From positions 18,662,001 to 18,726,000 of the forward strand of contig OZ059899.1 of assembly GCA_964057225.1 (NCBI GenBank): a stretch of DNA of 64,000 bases, given 5' to 3'. The stretch is from Auanema rhodensis. Lineage: Eukaryota > Animalia > Nematoda. The position numbers were made by a program, and so were the translations under genes. Under the pieces are notes generated by a model. It worked only from the letters and a program-made list of their open reading frames with translations. It was not told the DNA's origin and made no database searches. The first letter of the stretch is position 1, and each line of letters opens with the position of its first letter. Below are positions 11,701-25,274 of the stretch, in pieces.

Positions 11701-14700
11701 AACATTTTTACAAAAATTTTTCCGAAAAATTTCGAAACAATTTCGCAAAAAGTAGATGTTTTTAGATTCCTTTTTTCAAGGCAAAGACGATGGACATTGT
11801 TATTCAACGAAAAAATTAATTCTGCAGAGTGAAAATCGAGGATATAAGTGTGAACTTATATCAGTTGATATCTCGGTGCATTTTTAAGCTAGCGCAAATC
11901 TGATAACACAGATCGACGCAGCTTAAAAAGCCGCATCGAATGCACTATACAACATTGAGAAACGCTTAATACAAAAATTAGTTATGATCGTTTGAAAAAT
12001 GATGCATTAGTGTATGTTGAGTTTCCATGTACACTCAACATTGCTTCCAAAAACATTTTTACAAAAATTTTTCCGAAAAATTTCGAAACAATTTCGCAAA
12101 AAGTAGATGTTTTTAGATTCCTTTTTTCAAGGCAAAGACGATGGACATTGTTATTCAACGAAAAAATTAATTCTGCAGGGTGAAAATCGAGGATATAAGT
12201 GTGAACTTATATCAGTTGATATCTCGGTGCATTTTTAAGGTAGCGCAAATCTGATAACACAGATCGACGCAGCTTAGAAATCCGCATCGAATGCACTATA
12301 CTACATTGAGGAACGCTTAATACAAAAATTAGTTATGATCGTTTGAAAAATGATGCATTAGTGTATGTTGAGTTTCCATGTACACTCAACATTGCTTCCA
12401 AAAACATTTTTACAAAAATTTTTCCGAAAAATTTCGAAATAATTTCGCAGAAAGTAGATGTTTTTAGATTCCTTTTTTCAAGGCAAAGACGATGGACATT
12501 GTTATTCAACGAAAAAATTAATTCTGCAGGGTGAAAATCGAGGATATAAGTGTGAACTTATATTAGTTGATATCTCGGTGCATCTTTAAGCTAGCGCAAA
12601 TCTGATAACACAGATCGACGCAGCTTAAAAATCCGCATCGAATGCACTATACTACATTGAGAAACGCTTAATACAAAAATTAGTTATGATCTTTTGAAAA
12701 ATGATGCATTAGTGTATGTTGAGTTTCCATGTACACTCAACATTGCTTCCAAAAACATTTTGACAAAAATTTTTCCGAAAAATTTCAAAATAATTTTGCA
12801 AAAAGTAGTTGTTTTTAGATTCCTTTTCTCAAGGCAAAGACGATGGACAATGTTATTCAACGAAAAAATTAATTCTGCAGGGTGAAAATCGAGGATATAA
12901 GTGTGAACTTATATCAGTTGATATCTCGGTGAATTTTTAAGCTAGCGCAAATCTGATAAAACAGATCGACGCAGCTTAAAAATCCGCATCGAATGCACTA
13001 TACAACATTGAGAAACGCTTAATACAAAAATTAGTTATGATCGTTTGAAAAAAGACGCATTAGTGTATGTTGAGTTTCCATGTACACTCAACATTGCTTC
13101 CAAAAACATTTTGACAAAAATTTTTCCAGAAAATTTCAAAATAATTTCGCAAAAAGTAGATGTTTTTAGATTCCTTTTTTCAAGGCAAAGACGATGGACA
13201 ATGTTATTCAACGAAAAAATTAATTATGCAGGGTGAAAATCGAGGATATAAGTGTGAACTTATATCAGTTGATATCTCGGTGCATTTTTAAGCTAGCGCA
13301 AATCTGATAACACAGATCGACGCAGCTTAAAAATCCGCATCGAATGCACTATACAACATTGAGAAACGCTTAATACAAAAATTAGTTATGATCGTTTGAA
13401 AAATGATGCATTAGTGTATGTTGAGTTTCCATGTACACTCAACATTGCTTCCAAAAACATTTTTACAAAAATTTTTCCGGAAAATTTCGAAACAATTTCG
13501 CAAAAAGTAGATGTTTTTAGATTCCTTCTTTCAAGGCAAAGACGATGGACAATGTTATTCAACGAAAAAATTAATTCTGCAGGGTGAAAATCGAGGATAT
13601 AAGTGTGAACTTATATCAGTTGATATCTCGGTGCATTTTTAAGCTAGCGCAAATCTGATAACACAGATCGACGCAGCTTAAAAATCCGCATCGAATGCAC
13701 TATACAACATTGAGAAACGCTTAATACAAAAATTAGTTATGATCGTTTGAAAAATGATGCATTAGTGTATGTTGAGTTTCCATGTACACTCAACATCGCT
13801 TCCAAAAACATTTTTACAAAAATTTTTCCGAAAAATTTCGAAACAATTTCGCAAAAAGTAGATGTTTTTAGATTCCTTTTTTCAAGGCAAAGACGATGGA
13901 CAATGTTATTCAACGAAAAAATTAATTCTCCAGGGTGAAAATCGAGGAAATAAGTGTGAACTTATATCAGTTGATATCTCGGTGCATTTTTAAGCTAGCG
14001 CAAATCTGATAACACAGATCGACGCAGCTTAAAAATCCGCATCGAATGCACTATACAACATTGAGAAACGCTTAATACAAAAATTAGTTATGATCGTTTG
14101 AAAAATGATGCATTAGTGTATGTTGAGTTTCCATGTACACTCAACATTGCTTCCAAAAACATTTTTACAAAAATTTTTCCGGAAAATTTCGAAACAATTT
14201 TGCAAAAAGTAGATGTTTTTAGATTCCTTTTTTCAAGGCAAAGACGATGGACAATGTTATTCAACGAAAAAATTAATTCTGCTGGGTGAAAATCGAGGAT
14301 ATAAGTGTGAACTTATATCAGTTGATATCTCGGTGCATTTTTAAGCTAGCGCAAATCTGATAACACAGATCGACGCAGCTTAAAAATCCGCATCGAATGC
14401 ACTATACAACATTGAGAAACGCTTAATACAAAAATTAGTTATGATCGTTTGAAAAATGATGCATTAGTGTATGTTGAGTTTCCATGTACACTCAACATTG
14501 CTTCCAAAAACATTTTTACAAAAATTTTTCCGGAAAATTTCGAAACAATTTTGCAAAAAGTAGATGTTTTTAGATTCCTTTTTTCAAGGCAAAGACGATG
14601 GACAATGTTATTCAACGAAAAAATTAATTCTGCTGGGTGAAAATCGAGGATATAAGTGTGAACTTATATCAGTTGATATCTCGGTGCATTTTTAAGCTAG

Positions 14701-17700
14701 CGCAAATCTGATAACACAGATCGACGCAACTTAAAAATCCGCATCGAATGCACTATACAACATTGAGAAACGCTTAATACAAAAATTAGTTATGATCGTT
14801 TGAAAAATGATGCATTAGTGTATGTTGAGTTTCCATGTACACTCAACATTGCTTCCAAAAACATTTTTACAAAAATTTTTCCGGAAAATTTCAAAATAAT
14901 TTCGCAAAAAGTAGATGTTTTTAAATTCCTTTTTTCAAGGCAAAAACGATGGACAATGTTATTCAACGAAAAAATTAATTCTCCAGGGTGAAAATCGAGG
15001 ATGTAAGTGTGAACTTATATCAGTTGATATCTCGGTGCATTTTTAAGCTAGCGCAAATCTGATAACACAGATCGACGCAACTTAAAAATCCGCATCGAAT
15101 GCACTATACAACATTGAGAAACGCTTAATACAAAAATTAGTTATGATCGTTTGAAAAATGATGCATTAGTGTATGTTGAGTTTCCATGTACACTCAACAT
15201 TGCTTCCAAAAACATTTTTACAAAAATTTTTCCGGAAAATTTCAAAATAATTTCGCAAAAAGTAGATGTTTTTAAATTCCTTTTTTCAAGGCAAAAACGA
15301 TGGACAATGTTATTCAACGAAAAAATTAATTCTCCAGGGTGAAAATCGAGGATGTAAGTGTGAACTTATATCAGTTGATATCTCGGTGCATTTTTAAGCT
15401 AGCGCAAATCTGATAACACAGATCGACGCAGCTTAAAAATCCGCATCGAATGCACTATACAACATTGAGAAACGCTTAATACAAAAATTAGTTATGATCG
15501 TTTGAAAAATGATGCATTAGTGTATGTTGAGTTTCCATGTACACTCAACATTGCTTCCAAAAACATTTTTACAAAAATTTTTCCGAAAAATTTCGAAACA
15601 ATTTCGCAAAAAGTAGATGTTTTTAGATTCCTTTTTTCAAGGCAAAGACGATGGACAATGTTATTCAACGAAAAAATTAATTCTCCAGGGTGAAAATCGA
15701 GGATATAAGTGTGAACTTATATCAGTTGATATCTCGGTGCATTTTTAAGCTAGCGCAAATCTGATAAAACAGATCGACGCAGCTTAAAAATCCGCATCGA
15801 ATGCACTATACAACATTGAGAAACGCTTAATACAAAAATTAGTTATGATCGTTTGAAAAATGATGCATTAGTGTATGTTGAGTTTCCATGTACACTCAAC
15901 ATTGCTTCCAAAAACATTTTTACAAAAATTTTTCCGGAAAATTTCGAAACAATTTTGCAAAAAGTAGATGTTTTTAGATTCCTTTTTTCAAGGCAAAGAC
16001 GATGGACAATGTTACTCAACGAAAAAATTAATTCTGCTGGGTGAAAATCGAGGATATAAGTGTGAACATATATCAGTTGATATCTCGGTGCATTTTTAAG
16101 CTAGCGCAAATCTGATAACACAGATCGACGCAGCTTAAAAATCCGCATCGAATGCACTATACAACATTGAGAAACGCTTAATACAAAAATTAGTTATGAT
16201 CGTTTGAAAAATGATGCATTAGTGTATGTTGAGTTTCCATGTACACTCAACATTGCTTCCAAAAACATTTTTACAAAAATTTTTCCGGAAAATTTCAAAA
16301 TAATTTCGCAAAAAGTAGATGTTTTTAAATTCCTTTTTTCAAGGCAAAAACGATGGACAATGTTATTCAACGAAAAAATTAATTCTCCAGGGTGAAAATC
16401 GAGGATGTAAGTGTGAACTTATATCAGTTGATATCTCGGTGCATTTTCAAGCTAGCGCAAATCTGATAACACAGATCGACGCAGCTTAAAAATCCGCATC
16501 GAATGCACTATACAACATTGAGAAACGCTTAATACAAAAATTAGTTATGATCGTTTGAAAAATGATGCATTAGTGTATGTTGAGTTTCCATGTACACTCA
16601 ACATTGCTTCCAAAAACATTTTTACAAAAATTTTTCCGAAAAATTTCGAAACAATTTCGCAAAAAGTAGATGTTTTTAGATTCCTTTTTTCAAGGCAAAG
16701 ACGATGGACAATGTTATTCAACGAAAAAATTAATTCTCCAGGGTGAAAATCGAGGATATAAGTGTGAACTTATATCAGTTGATATCTCGGTGCATTTTTA
16801 AGCTAGCGCAAATCTGATAAAACAGATCGACGCAGCTTAAAAATCCGCATCGAATGCACTATACAACATTGAGAAACGCTTAATACAAAAATTAGTTATG
16901 ATCGTTTGAAAAATGATGCATTAGTGTATGTTGAGTTTCCATGTACACTCAACATTGCTTCCAAAAACATTTTGACAAAAATTTTTCCGAAAAATTTCAA
17001 AATAATTTCGCAAAAAGTGGATGTTTTTAAATTCCTTTTTTCAAGGCAAAAACGATGGACAATGTTATTCAACGAAAAAATTAATTCTCCAGGGTGAAAA
17101 TCGAGGATGTAAGTGGGAACTTATATCAGTTGATATCTCGGTGCATTTTTAAGCTAGCGCAAATCTGATAAAACAGATCGACGCAGCTTAAAAATCCGCA
17201 TCGAATGCACTATACAACATTGAGAAACGCTTAATACAAAAATTAGTTATGATCGTTTGAAAAATGATGCATTAGTGTATGTTGAGTTTCCATGTACACT
17301 CAACATTGCTTCCAAAAACATTTTGACAAAAATTTTTCCGAAAAATTTCAAAATAATTTCGCAAAAAGTGGATGTTTTTAAATTCCTTTTTTCAAGGCAA
17401 AAACGATGGACAATGTTATTCAACGAAAAAATTAATTCTCCAGGGTGAAAATCGAGGATGTAAGTGGGAACTTATATCAGTTGATATCTCGGTGCATTTT
17501 TAAGCTAGCGCAAATCTGATAAAACAGATCGACGCAGCTTAAAAATCCGCATCGAATGCACTATACAACATTGAGAAACGCTTAATACAAAAATTAGTTA
17601 TGATCGTTTGAAAAATGATGCATTAGTGTATGTTGAGTTTCCATGTACACTCAACATTGCTTCCAAAAACATTTTGACAAAAATTTTTCCGAAAAATTTC

Positions 17701-20700
17701 AAAATAATTTTGCAAAAAGTAGATGTTTTTAGATTTCTTTTTTCAAGGCAAAGACGATGGACAATGTTATTCAACGAAAAAATTAATTCTCCAGGGTGAA
17801 AATCGAGGATGTAAGTGTGAACTTATATCAGTTGATATCTCGGTGCATTTTTAAGCTAGCGCAAATCTGATAACACAGATCGTCGCAGCTTAAAAATCCG
17901 CATCGAATGCACTATACAACATTGAAAAACGCTTAATACAAAAATTAGTTATGATCGTTTGAAAAATGATGCATTAGTGTATGTTGAGTTTCCATGTACA
18001 ATCAACATTGCTTCCAAAAACATTTTGACAAAAATTTTTCCGAAAAATTTCAAAATAATTTCGCAAAAAGTAGATGTTTTTAAATTCCTTTTTTCAAGGC
18101 AAAAACGATGGACAATGTTATTCAACGAAAAAATTAATTCTCCAGGGTGAAAATCGAGGATGTAAGTGTGAACTTATATCAGTTGATATCTCGGTGCATT
18201 TTCAAGCTAGCGCAAATCTGATAACACAGATCGACGCAGCTTTAAAATCCGCATCGAATGCACTAAACAACATTGAGAAACGCTTAATACAAAAATTAGT
18301 TATGATCGTTTGAAAAATGATGCATTAGTGTATGTTGAGTTTCCATGTACACTCAACATTGCTTCCAAAAACATTTTTACAAAAATTTTTCCGAAAAATT
18401 TCGAAACATTTTCGCAAAAAGTAGATGTTTTTAGATTCCTTTTTTCAAGGCAAAGACGATGGACAATGTTATTCAACGAAAAAATTAATTCTGCTGGGTG
18501 AAAATCGAGGATATAAGTGTGAACTTATATCAGTTGATATCTCGGTGCATTTTTAAGCTAGCGCAAATCTGATAACACAGATCGACGCAGCTTAAAAATC
18601 CGCATCGAATGCACTATACAACATTGAGAAACGCTTAATACAAAAATTAGTTATGATCGTTTGAAAAATGATGCATTAGTGTATGTTGAGTTTCCATGTA
18701 CACTCAACATTGCTTCCAAAAACATTTTTACAAAAATTTTTCCGGAAAATTTCAAAATAATTTCGCAAAAAGTAGATGTTTTTAAATTCCTTTTTTCAAG
18801 GCAAAAACGATGGACAATGTTATTCAACGAAAAAATTAATTCTCCAGGGTGAAAATCGAGGATGTAAGTGTGAACTTATATCAGTTGATATCTCGGTGCA
18901 TTTTCAAGCTAGCGCAAATCTGATAACACAGATCGACGCAGCTTAAAAAGCCGCATCGAATGCACTATACAACATTGAGAAACGCTTAATACAAAAATTA
19001 GTTATGATCGTTTGAAAAATGATGCATTAGTGTATGTTGAGTTTCCATGTACACTCAACATTGCTTCCAAAAACATTTTTACAAAAATTTTTCCGAAAAA
19101 TTTCGAAACATTTTCGCAAAAAGTAGATGTTTTTAGATTCCTTTTTTCAAGGCAAAGACGATGGACATTGTTATTCAACGAAAAAATTAATTCTGCAGGG
19201 TGAAAATCGAGGATATAAGTGTGAACTTATATCAGTTGATATCTCGGTGCATTTTTAAGCTAGCGCAAATCTGATAACACAGATCGTCGCAGCTTAAAAA
19301 TCCGCATCGAATGCACTATACAACATTGAGAAACGCTTAATACAAAAATTAGTTATGATCGTTTTAAAAATGATGCATTAGTGTATGTTGAGTTTCCATG
19401 TACAATCAACATTGCTTCCAAAAACATTTTGACAAAAATTTTTCCGAAAAATTTCAAAATAATTTCGCAAAAAGTAGATGTTTTTAAATTCCTTTTTTCA
19501 AGGCAAAAACGATGGACAATGTTATTCAACGAAAAAATTAATTCTCCAGGGTGAAAATCGAGGATGTAAGTGTGAACTTATATCAGTTGATATCTCGGTG
19601 CATTTTCAAGCTAGCGCAAATCTGATAACACAGATCGACGCAGCTTAAAAATCCGCATCGAATGCACTAAACAACATTGAGAAACGCTTAATACAAAAAT
19701 TAGTTATGATCGTTTGAAAAATGATGCATTAGTGTATGTTGAGTTTCCATGTACACTCAACATTGCTTCCAAAAACATTTTTACAAAAATTTTTCCGAAA
19801 AATTTCGAAACATTTTCGCAAAAAGTAGATGTTTTTAGATTCCTTTTTTCAAGGCAAAGACGATGGACAATGTTATTCAACGAAAAAATTAATTCTGCTG
19901 GGTGAAAATCGAGGATATAAGTGTGAACTTATATCAGTTGATATCTCGGTGCATTTTTAAGCTAGCGCAAATCTGATAACACAGATCGACGCAGCTTAAA
20001 AATCCGCATCGAATGCACTATACAACATTGAGAAACGCTTAATACAAAAATTAGTTATGATCGTTTGAAAAATGATGCATTAGTGTATGTTGAGTTTCCA
20101 TGTACACTCAACATTGCTTCCAAAAACATTTTTACAAAAATTTTTCCGGAAAATTTCAAAATAATTTCGCAAAAAGTAGATGTTTTTAAATTCCTTTTTT
20201 CAAGGCAAAAACGATGGACAATGTTATTCAACGAAAAAATTAATTCTCCAGGGTGAAAATCGAGGATGTAAGTGTGAACTTATATCAGTTGATATCTCGG
20301 TGCATTTTTAAGCTAGCGCAAATCTGATAACACAGATCGACGCAGCTTAAAAATCCGCATCGAATGCACTATACAACATTGAGAAACGCTTAATACAAAA
20401 ATTAGTTATGATCGTTTGAAAAATGATGCATTAGTGTATGTTGAGTTTCCATGTACACTCAACATTGCTTCCAAAAACATTTTTACAAAAATTTTTCCGA
20501 AAAATTTCGAAACAATTTCGCAAAAAGTAGATGTTTTTAGATTCCTTCTTTCAAGGCAAAGACGATGGACATTGTTATTCAACGAAAAAATTAATTCTGC
20601 AGGGTGAAAATCGAGGATATAAGTGTGAACTTATATCAGTTGATATCTCGGTGCATTTTTAAGCTAGCGCAAATCTGATAACACAGATCGACGCAGCTTA

Positions 20701-22113
20701 AAAATCCGCATCGAATGCACTATACAACATTGAGAAACGCTTAATACAAAAATTAGTTATGATCGTTTGAAAAATGATGCATTAGTGTATGTTGAGTTTC
20801 CATGTACACTCAACATTGCTTCCAAAAACATTTTGACAAAAATTTTTCCGAAAAATTTCAAAATAATTTTGCAAAAAGTAGATGTTTTTAGATTCCTTTT
20901 TTCAAGGCAAAGACGATGGACAATGTTATTCAACGAAAAAATTAATTCTCCAGGGTGAAAATCGAGGATGTAAGTGTGAACTTATATCAGTTGATATCTC
21001 GGAGCATTTTTAAGCTAGCGCAAATCTGATAAAACAGATCGACGCAGCTTAAAAATCCGCATCGAATGCACTATACAACATTGAGAAACGCTTAATACAA
21101 AAATTAGTTATGATCGTTTGAAAAATGATGCATTAGTGTATGTTGAGTTTCCATGTACACTCAACATTGCTTCCAAAAACATTTTGACAAAAATTTTTCC
21201 GAAAAATTTCAAAATAATTTTGCAAAAAGTAGATGTTTTTAGATTCCTTTTTTCAAGGCAAAGACGATGGACAATGTTATTCAACGAAAAAATTAATTCT
21301 CCAGGGTGAAAATCGAGGATGTAAGTGTGAACTTATATCAGTTGATATCTCGGTGCATTTTTAAGCTAGCGCAAATCTGATAACACAGATCGACGCAGCT
21401 TAAAAATCCGCATCGAATGCACTAAACAACATTGAGAAACGCTTAATACAAAAATTAGTTATGATCGTTTGAAAAATGATGCATTAGTGTATGTTGAGTT
21501 TCCATGTACACTCAACATTGCTTCCAAAAACATTTTTACAAAAATTTTTCCGAAAAATTTCGAAACAATTTCGCAAAAAGTAGATGTTTTTAGATTCCCT
21601 CTTTCAAGGCAAAGACGATGGACATTGTTATTCAACGAAAAAATTAATTCTGCAGGGTGAAAATCGAGGATATAAGTGTGAACTTATATCAGTTGATATC
21701 TCGGTGCATTTTTAAGCTAGCGCAAATCTGATAACACAGATCGACGCAGCTTAAAAATCCGCATCGAATGCACTAAACAACATTGAGAAACGCTTAATAC
21801 AAAAATTAGTTATGATCGTTTGAAAAATGATGCATTAGTGTATGTTGAGTTTCCATGTACACTCAACATTGCTTCCAAAAACATTTTTACAAAAATTTTT
21901 CCGAAAAATTTCGAAACAATTTCGCAAAAAGTAGATGTTTTTAGATTCCCTCTTTCAAGGCAAAGACGATGGACATTGTTATTCAACGAAAAAATTAATT
22001 CTGCAGGGTGAAAATCGAGGATATAAGTGTGAACTTATATCAGTTGATATCTCGGTGCATTTTTAAGCTAGCGCAAATCTGATAACACAGATCGACGCAG
22101 CTTAAAAATCCGC

Positions 22114-24923
22114 ATCGAATGCACTAAACAACATTGAGAAACGCTTAATACAAAAATTAGTTATGATCGTTTGAAAAATGATGCATTAGTGTATGTTGAG
22201 TTTCCATGTACACTCAACATTGCTTCCAAAAACATTTTTACAAAAATTTTTCCGGAAAATTTCGAAACAATTTCGCAAAAAGTAGATGTTTTTAGATTCC
22301 TTTTTTCAAGGCAAAGACGATGGACAATGTTATTCAACGAAAAAATTAATTCTGCAGGGTGAAAATCGAGGATATAAGTGTGAACTTATATCAGTTGATA
22401 TCTCGGTGCATTTTTAAGCTAGCGCAAATCTGATAACACAGATCGACGCAGCTTAAAAAGCCGCATCGAATGCACTATACAACATTGAGAAACGCTTAAT
22501 ACAAAAATTAGTTATGATCGTTTGAAAAATGATGCATTAGTGTATGTTGAGTTTCCATGTACACTCAACATTGCTTCCAAAAACATTTTTACAAAAATTT
22601 TTCCGAAAAATTTCGAAACATTTTCGCAAAAAGTAGATGTTTTTAGATTCCTTTTTTCAAGGCAAAGACGATGGACATTGTTATTCAACGAAAAAAATTA
22701 ATTCTGCAGGGTGAAAATCGAGGATATAAGTGTGAACTTATATCAGTTGATATCTCGGTGCATTTTTAAGCTAGCGCAAATCTGATAACACAGATCGACG
22801 CAGCTTAAAAATCCGCATCGAATGCACTATAGAACATTGAGAAACGCTTAATACAAAAATTAGTTATGATCGTTTGAAAAATGATGCATTAGTGTATGTT
22901 GAGTTTCCATGTACACTCAACATTGCTTCCAAAAACATTTTGACAAAAATTTTTCCGAAAAATTTCAAAATAATTTCGCAAAAAGTAGATGTTTTTAAAT
23001 TCCTTTTTTCAAGGCAAAAACGATGGACAATGTTATTCAACGAAAAAATTAATTCTCCAGGGTGAAAATCGAGGATGTAAGTGTGAACTTATATCAGTTG
23101 ATATCTCGGTGCATTTTCAAGCTAGCGCAAATCTGATAACACAGATCGACGCAGCTTAAAAATCCGCATCGAATGCACTATACAACATTGAGAAACGCTT
23201 AATACAAAAATTAGTTATGATCGTTTGAAAAATGATGCATTAGTGTATGTTGAGTTTCCATGTACACTCAACATTGCTTCCAAAAACATTTTTACAAAAA
23301 TTTTTCCGAAAAATTTCGAAACAATTTCGCAAAAAGTAGATGTTTTTAGATTCCTTTTTTCAAGGCAAAGACGATGGACAATGTTATTCAACGAACAAAT
23401 TAATTCTCCAGGGTGAAAATCGAGGATATAAGTGTGAACTTATATCAGTTGATATCTCGGTGCATTTTTAAGCTAGCGCAAATCTGATAACACAGATCGA
23501 CGCAGCTTAAAAATCCGCATCGAATGCACTATACAACATTGAGAAACGCTTAATACAAAAATTAGTTATGATCGTTTGAAAAATGATGCATTAGTGTATG
23601 TTGAGTTTCCATGTACACTCAACATTGCTTCCAAAAACATTTTTACAAAAATTTTTCCGGAAAATTTCGAAACAATTTCGCAAAAAGTAGATGTTTTTAG
23701 ATTCCTTTTTTCAAGGCAAAGACGATGGACAATGTTATTCAACGAAAAAATTAATTCTGCAGGGTGAAAATCGAGGATATAAGTGTGAACTTATATCAGT
23801 TGATATCTCGGTGCATTTTTAAGCTAGCGCAAATCTGATAACACAGATCGACGCAGCTTAAAAAGCCGCATCGAATGCACTATACAACATTGAGAAACGC
23901 TTAATACAAAAATTAGTTATGATCGTTTGAAAAATGATGCATTAGTGTATGTTGAGTTTCCATGTACACTCAACATTGCTTCCAAAAACATTTTTACAAA
24001 AATTTTTCCGAAAAATTTCGAAACATTTTCGCAAAAAGTAGATGTTTTTAGATTCCTTTTTTCAAGGCAAAGACGATGGACATTGTTATTCAACGAAAAA
24101 AATTAATTCTGCAGGGTGAAAATCGAGGATATAAGTGTGAACTTATATCAGTTGATATCTCGGTGCATTTTTAAGCTAGCGCAAATCTGATAACACAGAT
24201 CGACGCAGCTTAAAAATCCGCATCGAATGCACTATAGAACATTGAGAAACGCTTAATACAAAAATTAGTTATGATCGTTTGAAAAATGATGCATTAGTGT
24301 ATGTTGAGTTTCCATGTACACTCAACATTGCTTCCAAAAACATTTTGACAAAAATTTTTCCGAAAAATTTCAAAATAATTTCGCAAAAAGTAGATGTTTT
24401 TAAATTCCTTTTTTCAAGGCAAAAACGATGGACAATGTTATTCAACGAAAAAATTAATTCTCCAGGGTGAAAATCGAGGATGTAAGTGTGAACTTATATC
24501 AGTTGATATCTCGGTGCATTTTCAAGCTAGCGCAAATCTGATAACACAGATCGACGCAGCTTAAAAATCCGCATCGAATGCACTATACAACATTGAGAAA
24601 CGCTTAATACAAAAATTAGTTATGATCGTTTGAAAAATGATGCATTAGTGTATGTTGAGTTTCCATGTACACTCAACATTGCTTCCAAAAACATTTTTAC
24701 AAAAATTTTTCCGAAAAATTTCGAAACAATTTCGCAAAAAGTAGATGTTTTTAGATTCCTTTTTTCAAGGCAAAGACGATGGACAATGTTATTCAACGAA
24801 CAAATTAATTCTCCAGGGTGAAAATCGAGGATATAAGTGTGAACTTATATCAGTTGATATCTCGGTGCATTTTTAAGCTAGCGCAAATCTGATAACACAG
24901 ATCGACGCAGCTTAAAAATCCGC
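22114..24923. repeat. Higher-order repeat: 4-monomer unit (1405 bp) x2, carrying a 1-bp insertion
   Basis: A7 instead of A6 at 22691-22697 and 24096-24102. Private markers CTATAGAAC and CGAACAAAT also recur at a 1405-bp offset. Confidence 0.93.
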
Positions 24924-25274
24924 ATCGAATGCACTATACAACATTGAGAAACGCTTAATACAAAAATTAGTTATGATCGTTTGAAAAATGATGCATTAGT
25001 GTATGTTGAGTTTCCATGTACACTCAACATTGCTTCCAAAAACATTTTTACAAAAATTTTTCCGGAAAATTTCGAAACAATTTCGCAAAAAGTAGATGTT
25101 TTTAGATTCCTTTTTTCAAGGCAAAGACGATGGACAATGTTATTCAACGAAAAAATTAATTCTGCAGGGTGAAAATCGAGGATATAAGTGTGAACTTATA
25201 TCAGTTGATATCTCGGTGCATTTTTAAGCTAGCGCAAATCTGATAACACAGATCGACGCAGCTTAAAAAGCCGC

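Noticed and set aside
18074-18313. 79-aa ORF, and the 86-aa ORFs at 47376, 54045 and 55449
   Set aside because: They arise from chance loss of stop codons through point variants in single monomers.
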